A DNA stretch of 55,433 nt from a virus (taxonomy: Duplodnaviria > Caudoviricetes), in IMG/VR virus record IMGVR_UViG_3300043449_001455, positions 1 through 55,433 of that record; one strand, written 5' to 3'. The position numbers and the translations under genes were made by a program. The notes beneath the pieces are model-generated. The model searched no databases and had not been told where the DNA came from. It saw only the letters and a program-made list of their open reading frames with translations. Below are positions 1 through 7,741 of this stretch, one piece after another; position 1 is the stretch's first letter, and every line of letters starts with the position of its first letter.

Positions 1-155
1 GCCGAGCGACGCACACCTAACTGTGAGCCGAGCGACGCACACCTAACTGTGAGCCGAGCGACGCACACCTAACTGTGAGCCGAGCGACGCACACCTAACT
101 GTGAGCCGAGCGACGCACACCTAACTGTGAGCCGAGCGACGCACACCTAACCGTG
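1..155. repeat. 26-bp tandem repeat array (left part), unit GCCGAGCGACGCACACCTAACTGTGA
   Basis: Five exact copies (1-130) plus a degenerate sixth; no spacers; the same unit ends the window, so the contig circularises through the array. Confidence 0.97.
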
Positions 156-160
156 TTGGC

Positions 161-205
161 TGTTTGTGAAACAAACAAACAGCGCAGTTTGTATTAGTTA
201 CAAAC
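161..205. promoter_or_regulatory. Two related inverted repeats in an AT-rich island
   Basis: TGTTTGT-GAA-ACAAACA (161-177) and GTTTGTA-TTAGT-TACAAAC (187-205). Confidence 0.55.
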
Positions 206-231
206 AGCACTGTTTTAGATCTTTATACAAA

Positions 232-284
232 TAGTAAATTTGTACTACTTAGTACACTTGTACTACTGTAGTACATGTATACCA
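232..284. promoter_or_regulatory. Three tandem cyanobacterial LexA (SOS) boxes
   Basis: TAGTAAA-TT-TGTACTA (232-247), TAGTACA-CT-TGTACTA (250-265, perfect match to TAGTACA-N2-TGTACTA), TAGTACA-TG-TATACCA (269-284). Confidence 0.75.
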
Positions 285-404
285 GTGACCTAAATTTTCC
301 CTATTAGGGGTGGCCGCCTAAAACCGGGCGGCCGCCGTGTGTAAAAAACACTATATAAAGCCGACCCCTTGCAAGTCCCTATAAAACCGGACCCTCGCAA
401 GTCC

Positions 405-596
405 CTAAATTTTTGCGATCGGCCAGGCTTCGATGCCCAGGTCCTCGCAGGCCTCCAGCAGGTCTTCAGCATCAGCAGCCATCAGATCATCGCGGGTCTG
501 CAGCATCTGATCTTCAAAGATGTGGCCGCGCTTCACCATGGCCGCCACCAGGGCAGCCACGAGATCGATGCGCTGTTCTTCGGTGAGCTGTTTCAT
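405..596 (-). CDS. Small acidic helical protein (63 aa), apparent paralogue of 593-820
   Basis: ATG at 596 overlaps the upstream stop (ATGA); MKQLTEEQRIDLV... Confidence 0.7.
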   Translation of the reverse strand: MKQLTEEQRIDLVAALVAAMVKRGHIFEDQMLQTRDDLMAADAEDLLEACEDLGIEAWPIAKI

Positions 597-820
597 AGCG
601 TTGATCGGTAGCAGGTCAGGGCAGCGTCGACAAGGCGGGACCACTCCTCGGGGCAGCGGTCGTCGCATTCGCGGCGCAGGTCAGGATTGCTCAGTCCAGC
701 CAGCCAGGCTTCGGTCTCGCCGATCTGGCTGTCGGTGATGTCGCCCACCTCCAGCATCGCGTCGATCATGCTGTCGATGATGCGGGCGCGCATGGCCTTG
801 GTGATGTAGGTGCTCGCCAT
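593..820 (-). CDS. Small acidic helical protein (75 aa)
   Basis: ATG at 820 overlaps the upstream TGA; MASTYITKAMRARII... Confidence 0.7.
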   Translation of the reverse strand: MASTYITKAMRARIIDSMIDAMLEVGDITDSQIGETEAWLAGLSNPDLRRECDDRCPEEWSRLVDAALTCYRSTL

Positions 821-1152
821 CAGACCAGCCCCAGCAGGCGCAGCCATGAATCATCGGCATCGGGCTCGATGATGTCGCCAGCAGGGGTCTCGCACACGCT
901 GTCGAACGTCCAGCGCTCGATCTCTTCCATGGCGGGCACGGGCCACCACTTGGAGCGCCAGCGCAGCTTCAGCACCTGGCTGCCATCGCCCTTGCGGGTG
1001 AAGCGGCCCACGGCGCCATCGCGCAGCAGCTTCTGCACGGTGCCATCGGGCAGGGTGACTTTCTTCACCAGGTTCTGTGGCACCAGGATGTCGTCACCCT
1101 TGCGGCGGACGTTGACGGTGGCCGGGAACTGGTCGGCTTCGGTGATTCTCAC
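820..1152 (-). CDS. Hypothetical phage protein
   Basis: GTG start inferred; C-terminal W-x-FDSVCETPxG-x-IEPD...SWLRLLGL motif of a kind seen in small phage proteins. Confidence 0.65.
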   Translation of the reverse strand: MRITEADQFPATVNVRRKGDDILVPQNLVKKVTLPDGTVQKLLRDGAVGRFTRKGDGSQVLKLRWRSKWWPVPAMEEIERWTFDSVCETPAGDIIEPDADDSWLRLLGLV

Positions 1153-1215
1153 GGGTCTCAAAGGGTAAAGGGGACTCAAATGGCCAAGGGACTCAAAGCG
1201 GCCCCGGGACTCCAA
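1153..1215. repeat. Four phased 10-bp direct repeats GGG(A/T)CTC(A/C)AA
   Basis: Copies at 1153, 1171, 1188 and 1206 (spacing 18/17/18) in the leader of the 820-1152 gene. Confidence 0.8.
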
Positions 1216-1216
1216 A

Positions 1217-1269
1217 ACCATAGAGCTGCGCCGGCCGCTAGAGCCGGCATCGTTACATTCAGTAATGAA
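1217..1269 (-). promoter_or_regulatory. Putative promoter: -10 TATGGT plus upstream HLR1-like pair
   Basis: -10 at 1217-1222; GTTACATT-CA-GTAATGAA at 1252-1269. Confidence 0.45.
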
Positions 1270-1699
1270 CCGTGCTGCCCACCCAGTTTGGGTCAGCCGG
1301 ATCGGGCTCGACTTCGTCCGCAGGCTCCCAGATGTAGGTGTGGACCCAGCCCTGATTGAGCACGAACACGTAGCTGTGCTCGCAGCCCATGTCGCGGAAG
1401 TGCTCGATCAGGCGCTGGATGTCGGTGAAGCTGCGGGCGTCCACATCGGTCTCGCCGCGGCTGGCGTAATACAGGGGCCCTGACTCCCGGAGGGTCTCAC
1501 GGTTCCAGCCCAGATTGGTGCGCAGGCAGCTGATGTCACCGCCGGCCACCAGGTTCAGAGCAGCTGCAGGGCTGTTGTGATGCTCCTGCAGGATCGGCAG
1601 CTGGTGGCTGGGGTAGCCGTCGTAATGGCAGTAAACAGCGAGGTAGCGGGGCTTGCGGGCGGTGCCGGTGCGGACGGCGATGACGGAGCGGGTGGCCAT
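1259..1699 (-). CDS. Conserved phage hypothetical protein (YCHxDGYP type)
   Basis: MATRSVIAV...YCHYDGYP...GDISCL...EHSYVF. Confidence 0.8.
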   Translation of the reverse strand: MATRSVIAVRTGTARKPRYLAVYCHYDGYPSHQLPILQEHHNSPAAALNLVAGGDISCLRTNLGWNRETLRESGPLYYASRGETDVDARSFTDIQRLIEHFRDMGCEHSYVFVLNQGWVHTYIWEPADEVEPDPADPNWVGSTVHY

Positions 1700-1703
1700 G
1701 GGA

Positions 1704-1964
1704 TCAACGAATAAAGGTGGATGCGTGCTGAGCCCAGTCGGCCAAATACTGCTCGACCTCGCCAAGCTTGCGGAACGCCTCGGCTCGCTCGGCCAGCGCT
1801 GAGCTCCACGCTTCAGGAGATTGAGGGTAGAAGTCTCGCTGGTTGCAGGTGGCGGCAGAGATGGCCTCTCTGGCGGCACGAACAGCACGCCAAGCGGCTT
1901 CGTACTCATCAAACAGCGACGATGCGCCGGTGCCGTTCAAGTGGATGGTGGGAAGGGTTGTCAT
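1704..1964 (-). CDS. Conserved phage hypothetical protein
   Basis: PTIHLNGT...RDFYPQ motif; tight operon packing. Confidence 0.75.
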   Translation of the reverse strand: MTTLPTIHLNGTGASSLFDEYEAAWRAVRAAREAISAATCNQRDFYPQSPEAWSSALAERAEAFRKLGEVEQYLADWAQHASTFIR

Positions 1965-1966
1965 GA

Positions 1967-2179
1967 TCAGGCGAGAGAAGGAGCGGCGCAGCCATTGGCC
2001 AGCAGCTGATCAGCGAGGCGCTCGGCATCCTCCAGCACCATGAGGTAATCCTTCGGCATGGGCCGGTCGCCGATGCTGTACAGGTCGTTGCCGAGGGCGA
2101 AGCCTTCTCTGTGCCAGCCGGCCACATGCAGGGCCTTGATCACGCGGGCTGTGTAGTCGCGAACTTCGTGGAGTTTCAT
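1967..2179 (-). CDS. Hypothetical protein (70 aa)
   Basis: ATG at 2179 downstream of a predicted promoter; abuts the next gene. Confidence 0.65.
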   Translation of the reverse strand: MKLHEVRDYTARVIKALHVAGWHREGFALGNDLYSIGDRPMPKDYLMVLEDAERLADQLLANGCAAPSLA

Positions 2180-2220
2180 GACAGGTAAGCGATAAAGGCG
2201 GCTCGGTGGCCGATGTGGAA

Positions 2221-2272
2221 ACAATACACGGCCACCGACCCCGGCAGCCGTTTCGTTACAAACCGTCACCCG
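2221..2272 (-). promoter_or_regulatory. Putative promoter: -10 TATTGT plus upstream HLR1-like pair
   Basis: -10 at 2221-2226; GTTACAAA-CC-GTCACCCG at 2255-2272. Confidence 0.5.
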
Positions 2273-2589
2273 ACAGCGGTGAGGCTCACGTACTCCTTCG
2301 GCCGATCCTGAGCCACGCCCACCACCTGCTCATCCAGCTGGAGCTGGCGCAGCTGCAGGGCCATGTTGTCGATCGCAGCGCTGTAGCTCCAGTTATGGCG
2401 GGTCTTCAGCACCACACGCAAGCCTTGGGTTTCAATCCGGTCCAGCCGGTTGCGCTGCATGTGAGCCAGCAGGAACTCCCGATCGGTCGACAGCTCAGCC
2501 TCAAGCTGCTGGATCTGCTGCTGCAGGGCCTTGGCACGCGCCAGACGCTTGCCGATGGTGCCGGTGGGGCTGTAAGAGCGAATAGTCAT
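2266..2589 (-). CDS. Coiled-coil protein, loosely Gam/gp157-like
   Basis: N-terminal coiled coil then short beta strands (RVVLKTRHNWSYS); family call tentative. Confidence 0.65.
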   Translation of the reverse strand: MTIRSYSPTGTIGKRLARAKALQQQIQQLEAELSTDREFLLAHMQRNRLDRIETQGLRVVLKTRHNWSYSAAIDNMALQLRQLQLDEQVVGVAQDRPKEYVSLTAVG

Positions 2590-2619
2590 GATGCGCAGGT
2601 AATTGCTGAACGCCCCAGA

Positions 2620-2674
2620 ACAGTACGCCCTGGGCGCACCGTTACGACGCACTGCCGTAACAAATCGAAACAGT
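2620..2674 (-). promoter_or_regulatory. Putative promoter: -10 TACTGT plus upstream HLR1-like pair
   Basis: -10 at 2620-2625; GTAACAAA-TC-GAAACAGT at 2657-2674. Confidence 0.45.
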
Positions 2675-2851
2675 GCGCGAACCGGCTGATGATGTGGTAG
2701 ACAGACCACGGGAGCCTGTATTTGCAGCGGCCCAGCCTGTGTTAGTACGCACGCACCAGCTTGCAATTCAGCTGCAGCAGCCTGCACCCCATAAAGCCGG
2801 CCGCCAGCCGTGTGCGTGATCGGCCCCTTAAAGCCGCAACCCCGCCGGTCC

Positions 2852-3022
2852 CTAATTTTTTCGCGCCACGGTCTCCAGCGCCAGATCCAGATACGGCGGG
2901 ATCGCCCGGGCGCCAATTTCCCAGCGGGCGATCGTGACGCGGTCGACGCGCAGCCTGTTTGCCAGCTCCTGCTGGGTCAGGCCGTGCGTCTCCCGGAATT
3001 CAACAAGCTGCTTCGATGTCAT
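2852..3022 (-). CDS. XRE/Cro-like HTH regulator (56 aa)
   Basis: GLTQQELANRLRVDRVTIARWEIG is a classic HTH_3 signature. Confidence 0.9.
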   Translation of the reverse strand: MTSKQLVEFRETHGLTQQELANRLRVDRVTIARWEIGARAIPPYLDLALETVARKN

Positions 3023-3054
3023 GCAGCCCTTGTAACCGATGGCAACGGCCGCTG

Positions 3055-3843
3055 TCAACGGCCGCCCATCACTTCTTTCATCTTCTGCTGCACCAGATCC
3101 GGGAAATAGCCCCGCGCTAGGTTGCCGGTGATGCCGTAGAAGTCAAACTTTGGCGTCACATCTGGCGGCCCGTCAAATCTCTTAAACAGCATGCCCAATT
3201 CGCCACCCTTGCGGCGATAGATGCCCGGTGCCAGCCCGCCTGTTTTGCCAGCCCGGCGGTTCGGGGAGATGAAGAACGAGTCCTTCACTCGTCCCTTTTT
3301 CGCGTAACCACGCAGCGGTGACTCCATTGCACCCAGCGCGAACAGGATTCGGTTGTATTGACCAGGCGTGATGTTGCCGTAGCTGTTGAGCAGGTCGCCG
3401 ATCACATTGCTGGTCTTCTTCAGCGGCGCGGCGTACTCGTTATTGCCGATGAAGCCACCCCGACGCAGGCGCTTGGTGAAGCGGGTGACATAGACCTGCT
3501 TGCTGCCACTGCCTCCCGCCTCGTCATTCACCTGCGGGAACAGGTAGTAGCTCGGTGCCTGACCCTTGGCGCCGTCCTCCGAGATCCAGAACCCCATTTC
3601 GAGGTTGCTCTTATCGCTGCGCACCCAGGCCCGGTAGCCCTCAGCGCCCCACCGCACGCTCTTGGTGGTGAACGGCACCGGGTTCTCGAACGTGGTCTGC
3701 ATGCGCTGCTGCAGGTCGTTGCGCACCTTGGGCGCTAGCGCATTCAGCGCCCAGGAGGCGACGAAGGGCATCTGGACGCGCCGGATGATGTCCAGATCCT
3801 TGATCAGGTCGTCGGCGTCAAAGGTGATGGTGCGGCCGGCCAT
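3055..3843 (-). CDS. Probable tail-completion/neck protein (lambda gpZ-like), outside the tail module
   Basis: QMPFVASWALN...FENPVPFT...PKFDFY pattern, basic protein; GGAGG RBS upstream. Confidence 0.6.
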   Translation of the reverse strand: MAGRTITFDADDLIKDLDIIRRVQMPFVASWALNALAPKVRNDLQQRMQTTFENPVPFTTKSVRWGAEGYRAWVRSDKSNLEMGFWISEDGAKGQAPSYYLFPQVNDEAGGSGSKQVYVTRFTKRLRRGGFIGNNEYAAPLKKTSNVIGDLLNSYGNITPGQYNRILFALGAMESPLRGYAKKGRVKDSFFISPNRRAGKTGGLAPGIYRRKGGELGMLFKRFDGPPDVTPKFDFYGITGNLARGYFPDLVQQKMKEVMGGR

Positions 3844-3856
3844 GAAGCCTCCCTAC

Positions 3857-3885
3857 AAAAAGACCCCTGGTCTCACGCAGGGGTC
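3857..3885 (-). terminator. Intrinsic terminator
   Basis: Stem GACCCCTG/CAGGGGTC with an 8-nt loop, followed by a T-run on the minus strand. Confidence 0.6.
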
Positions 3886-3910
3886 GGTGGTCCTCTCGTC
3901 CGGGGTGAGT

Positions 3911-4123
3911 CTAGCCCCGTTTGAGATTGCGCGCATCCCCGCAGAAGACCATCCGCTGCTCCTTCCCCAGCCAGATGGCCCCACGAGCCCCGTGAAGGCC
4001 GTCCCAGGTGCCCTTGGCCCACCCATACCCCATGAACACCCTGCAGGCGGTTCCCCGAGGCCAGGACGGCCAGCTGGTGGGTGATGCGGCGAGGCGCTGG
4101 TGGTCGGGGGTGGCGTTGGGCAT
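3911..4123 (-). CDS. Hypothetical protein (70 aa)
   Basis: ATG ORF filling the gap between the origin and the terminator; no recognised motif. Confidence 0.4.
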   Translation of the reverse strand: MPNATPDHQRLAASPTSWPSWPRGTACRVFMGYGWAKGTWDGLHGARGAIWLGKEQRMVFCGDARNLKRG

Positions 4124-4126
4124 GGC

Positions 4127-4392
4127 TGTAACGCTGTAACGGTCCTGTAACGGTGGGTGTTACAGCCAAACCCCTTGCAGGGACTGGGTTGTAACGTTGT
4201 AACAATAATTTCTATAAAAGTAGATAGTAGTAGTAAGAGGGGAGAGGGGGTCTGTGACAGGGAGAGGGGCTGTATATCTCTATGGGTGTTTCCCGGAGAA
4301 AACCGTTACAACCGTTTCAACCGTTACATCCCTTGCGCTGCAAGGGATCTCGGCGAAACAGGCACCGTTACACCGACCCCGAAACCGTTACA
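4127..4392. other. Putative replication origin (iterons around an AT-rich core)
   Basis: Clustered TGTAAC(G) at 4127-4203 and inverted CCGTTACA at 4303-4392 flank AT-rich 4201-4236, directly downstream of the primase-helicase. Confidence 0.65.
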
Positions 4393-7039
4393 GCGTCTCA
4401 AGCGTCTCAAGTGGGACCAAGGTTGCGCGAGCAACGCCGCACCCTTTGAACCTGATCGTGTTCGCGCTGGTCGTGGCACCCGTTACGCGCCTCAGAGCCT
4501 GCCGGTAGGCGTTCCCCGCCCATGGCGTGTCCTTCAACAGGGCCTGCAGGTTGGTGCTGTTGTTGGCCACCGCCAGCAGCCCGGAGGTCACCTTGAGCCC
4601 GTACCGGCCAAGGATCGTCTCGATCTCATCCGATGGGTGGTCCCGGCCGGGAATGGCGAAGATCACCCCGCGCTGGGCCATCTGCACCAGCTCCAGCACC
4701 GACATCCGCTTGCCGCCATCCACCTGGATCAGCGCCTGCAGGATGTGGTTGAGGCACTTCACCTCATCCGCGTCGGTGGCTTCAACCTCGCGGCTTTCCC
4801 AGTCCATCATGTTGATCCACTCAATCGCCTGCTGAAGCGATAGCTCGCCGCCACCACCAGGCTCAAGCGTCCAAGCGCCGGCCAGCAGAGTGCCGTACTG
4901 ATCACCGAAACGCTGCCCAAAACGACGCGAAAGTGCGGCCGCGAGGGTCTTGGCGTTCTTTCGAATCGCGGGGATTTGCTGAAGCGTCCGGGCCACAAGT
5001 CTGCGGCCGTTTTCCTCAGTGCAGGTCTCAAGAATCTGCTGTTCGAATTCAGTCCAGTCGTCCTTGTCCATGTGATCTTTGCGCAGGCCAAGAACACAAA
5101 AGCGATCGAGGTCGGCGCGTTGGATCAGGGCAACGTTGATGGATGAAACGCAGAACATCGAGCGGATCTCGAAGGTGTTGGATCCGCCGTTTGTGGTGCC
5201 CTTGTAGATTTTGCCGCCTTCCGATGATGCGATCCGCGCCAGGGCAAGGATGTTCTGCACCTGCATTTTGTCTTTGAGCTCGTTCTGCTCCAGCTCGTCG
5301 AACACCACGGGGATGGCATCAGAGCGCAGCTGGCCGCGAAGACCGGCTTCGGTGGTGCCGCCGGTAGCGCCCTCGAACATGCCGCCAAGCATGGGCTTCA
5401 TGAAGGAGCCCAAAATGGTGGTCTTGCCGGTCCCAGCCCCGCCAGTGACCCAGATATGGGGCCGCCACTTGAGGGAACCGCAAACCGGGGCCAGGACGAT
5501 CCATCCGAGGAGCAGGTTGGCTGAGGCTGGGGTCTCCCAGCGAAAGCGCTCAGCGATGAGGCGCACGTTGGCGCAGACGGCGTCGGGAAGGATGTCAGCT
5601 CCCGGACCGTCGATGGCCTTGGCGTTTTCGTAGAAGTAAAAGCTGGAAAACCTGCTGGGCAGCCGCGTGATCGGGTGCGAGCGGCCGTTGATGACAAGCC
5701 GGTTGCCGAGATGGAGGACAACCCGGTCGGCATCAGCCCATGCGCCACGACCGCGGACACGGGAGGGGTCGTAAACGCCCTGCGCGATGCAGGCGCCCAT
5801 GATGGCGTTCTGCGCCGAGTCCCAGTCAATGCGGCCGCGCTCGTCGCCGAAGCCACCGGCCCACCACTCAAGGGGCGCCAGCTGCAGGAAGTGCGACTTG
5901 TTGTGCTGGGCAGCGGTGAGTGCGGTCACCTGACAGGCTGCTGCCGGCAGGTAGTAGTAGATGCCGTGGTCGAAGCCAAGGGGGCGAAATGGGAGGCGAT
6001 CTACTGGCCCTGCTTCGGTAGCAGGATCTTCGAGATCCGGCTCCTCGACTGGGTTTTCGGCAGGCCCAGGAGCAACGTCTGCGGGGGGCAAGTTGGCAGG
6101 CAAGATGGGGGTCAAGTTGCGCAGCTCGGCCGGCCCGGGAAGGATCCTCCGCGGTGCCCGGTAGCCGTGCTCCTTGGCCCAGTACCAGAAGGTGCCAGCG
6201 GCCACGTCAGTGCCACCGGAGCGGGCGACCTGATCGATGCCACCCCACTGGGGGCTGTGGTTGGCCATCATCGCGATGGCGGTGTCGCGTGAGCTGCCGG
6301 CCTCCTCGCAGGCGGCGATGAGCCCCCACAGGATGTTGCGGTACATCGGATAGGTGTTGCCACCGGGCACCCGGGCCGGGATGCAGTTGAGGGCCTTCTG
6401 GATCTCGTCCAGCCCCTGGGTCTCGTAATCGGTGAAGGTGCGGGCCTGCTCAATGCGGGCTGCCACCACCGGTGCCGGCAGGCGTGATGCGATGGCGTCA
6501 GCTGTGTAGAGGGTGTCGTTGAGATTGACGATTTTGGCGATTTCGCCGGTCTGCGGGTGCGGGGTGCCGGGTAGGCGCATCACCCGCGATGGGTTCTTCA
6601 GTGCGCGATCGGCATCAGCGTGATCGAGCAGGCGGGTCTGGATGGTCTTCCAGGCATCGGGCGCCAGCGGCTCGGAGAGCACCCAGTAGGAGTGGATGGA
6701 CTTGCCACCGGTGTCGACCTGGATGGTGGGCTCGGGGAGGCCGAGCTCCTGCCATGCGGTGAGCTGCCAGTCCTTGGGCTTGTCGTCCCACTCGATAAAA
6801 AAGGCGATGCAGCCGGTGATGTCGGCATCCTTGTCGCCGCCGTTGTTGACGACGACGTAGACGCCGCGCTTGTCGGCCACCCAACCCTCGACGAGCTGCT
6901 TGGTGGGCTCACCTTTGGCGCCGCGGTCCTCGGCCTTGCGCGGGTCGGTCTTGGCGTAGAAGCCACGCAGGCGAATGGAGCCCTTGGGCTTGCCGAGAGC
7001 CGCGAGGAACTGGCGAGCCGCGTCGAAATCAATGGACAT
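4388..7039 (-). CDS. Primase-helicase (RepB-like primase, PriCT-2, P-loop helicase)
   Basis: FIEWDD, TGGKSIHSYW, SRVMRLPG primase motifs; GTFWYWAKEHGY; Walker A GGAGTGKTT, Walker B VVFDE. Confidence 0.88.
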   Translation of the reverse strand: MSIDFDAARQFLAALGKPKGSIRLRGFYAKTDPRKAEDRGAKGEPTKQLVEGWVADKRGVYVVVNNGGDKDADITGCIAFFIEWDDKPKDWQLTAWQELGLPEPTIQVDTGGKSIHSYWVLSEPLAPDAWKTIQTRLLDHADADRALKNPSRVMRLPGTPHPQTGEIAKIVNLNDTLYTADAIASRLPAPVVAARIEQARTFTDYETQGLDEIQKALNCIPARVPGGNTYPMYRNILWGLIAACEEAGSSRDTAIAMMANHSPQWGGIDQVARSGGTDVAAGTFWYWAKEHGYRAPRRILPGPAELRNLTPILPANLPPADVAPGPAENPVEEPDLEDPATEAGPVDRLPFRPLGFDHGIYYYLPAAACQVTALTAAQHNKSHFLQLAPLEWWAGGFGDERGRIDWDSAQNAIMGACIAQGVYDPSRVRGRGAWADADRVVLHLGNRLVINGRSHPITRLPSRFSSFYFYENAKAIDGPGADILPDAVCANVRLIAERFRWETPASANLLLGWIVLAPVCGSLKWRPHIWVTGGAGTGKTTILGSFMKPMLGGMFEGATGGTTEAGLRGQLRSDAIPVVFDELEQNELKDKMQVQNILALARIASSEGGKIYKGTTNGGSNTFEIRSMFCVSSINVALIQRADLDRFCVLGLRKDHMDKDDWTEFEQQILETCTEENGRRLVARTLQQIPAIRKNAKTLAAALSRRFGQRFGDQYGTLLAGAWTLEPGGGGELSLQQAIEWINMMDWESREVEATDADEVKCLNHILQALIQVDGGKRMSVLELVQMAQRGVIFAIPGRDHPSDEIETILGRYGLKVTSGLLAVANNSTNLQALLKDTPWAGNAYRQALRRVTGATTSANTIRFKGCGVARATLVPLETLETL

Positions 7040-7137
7040 GAGGATGTTGTTTGGGTGAGAGGCCGATGCGCTGCATTTCCTCATCAGTCGGCTCCGGGAG
7101 CCAATCGACGAGCTTGCGAAAGAAGAGTTGCAGCCGT

Positions 7138-7509
7138 TCAGACTCCTCGAAAGGGTTCTGTTGCGATTCGTTGCGCGTCGGCTGTGGTGCGGACGATGGC
7201 CGAGATGCCACCGGCGCCGCGGATGTGATCGATGAAGCGGCGCTGCTCTGGTGTGGCGCGCCCTGTGGCGGTTTTGATTTCAAGGGCGGTAAAGACGGCG
7301 ATCTTCTGCCCGACCATGTCAGGCGTGATTGCGATGGTGCGGTAGCCGATGAGATCGGACCCGCCCGGGGAGGCGACGCCGAATTGAACCCAGCGACCGG
7401 TGCGCGGATCGGGGAGCTTACCGGAGTTGTTGCGCCAGAGGCGAACGTCGGGCAGCAGGCCCACAGCGAGGCGGATGCGCTGCTGGAGGTCGGTTTCTGA
7501 ATTCGCCAT
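7138..7509 (-). CDS. VRR-NUC domain nuclease
   Basis: ETDLQ...RNNSG...GGSDLIG...EIKT...Q..FI motif. Confidence 0.85.
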   Translation of the reverse strand: MANSETDLQQRIRLAVGLLPDVRLWRNNSGKLPDPRTGRWVQFGVASPGGSDLIGYRTIAITPDMVGQKIAVFTALEIKTATGRATPEQRRFIDHIRGAGGISAIVRTTADAQRIATEPFRGV

Positions 7510-7534
7510 GGAGCCGGGCAGCTGCTGGGCCCCA

Positions 7535-7741
7535 TCATGTCCGGCGGGTGAAATACTTGCAGGCAATAGCCCCTAGCGGGATCGGTTTCTGCCATTTGCC
7601 GGTCATCTGCTTGGCCTTGGCGCAGCAGTTCCGCTGAAGCTGGACGAATGGCCGCGGCACGTAGTGAAGGCAGTCGTTACAGCGTGCGTTAATTGATGGA
7701 TCTGCGAAGTGCGCCTGTCCTGGGTGGGTGTATTCGTTCAT
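7535..7741 (-). CDS. Small Cys-rich protein
   Basis: CxxC...C...ACKYF; ATGA overlap with the helicase stop. Confidence 0.6.
   Translation of the reverse strand: MNEYTHPGQAHFADPSINARCNDCLHYVPRPFVQLQRNCCAKAKQMTGKWQKPIPLGAIACKYFTRRT

Noticed and set aside
1-155. CRISPR array
   Set aside because: Units are head-to-tail with no spacers, and no cas genes are visible.
241-256. Independent NtcA site as a firm feature
   Set aside because: The match arises automatically from two adjacent LexA half-sites; kept only as a possibility.
2746-2763. Additional LexA box (TAGTACGCACGCACCA)
   Set aside because: Four mismatches to consensus, mostly in one half-site.
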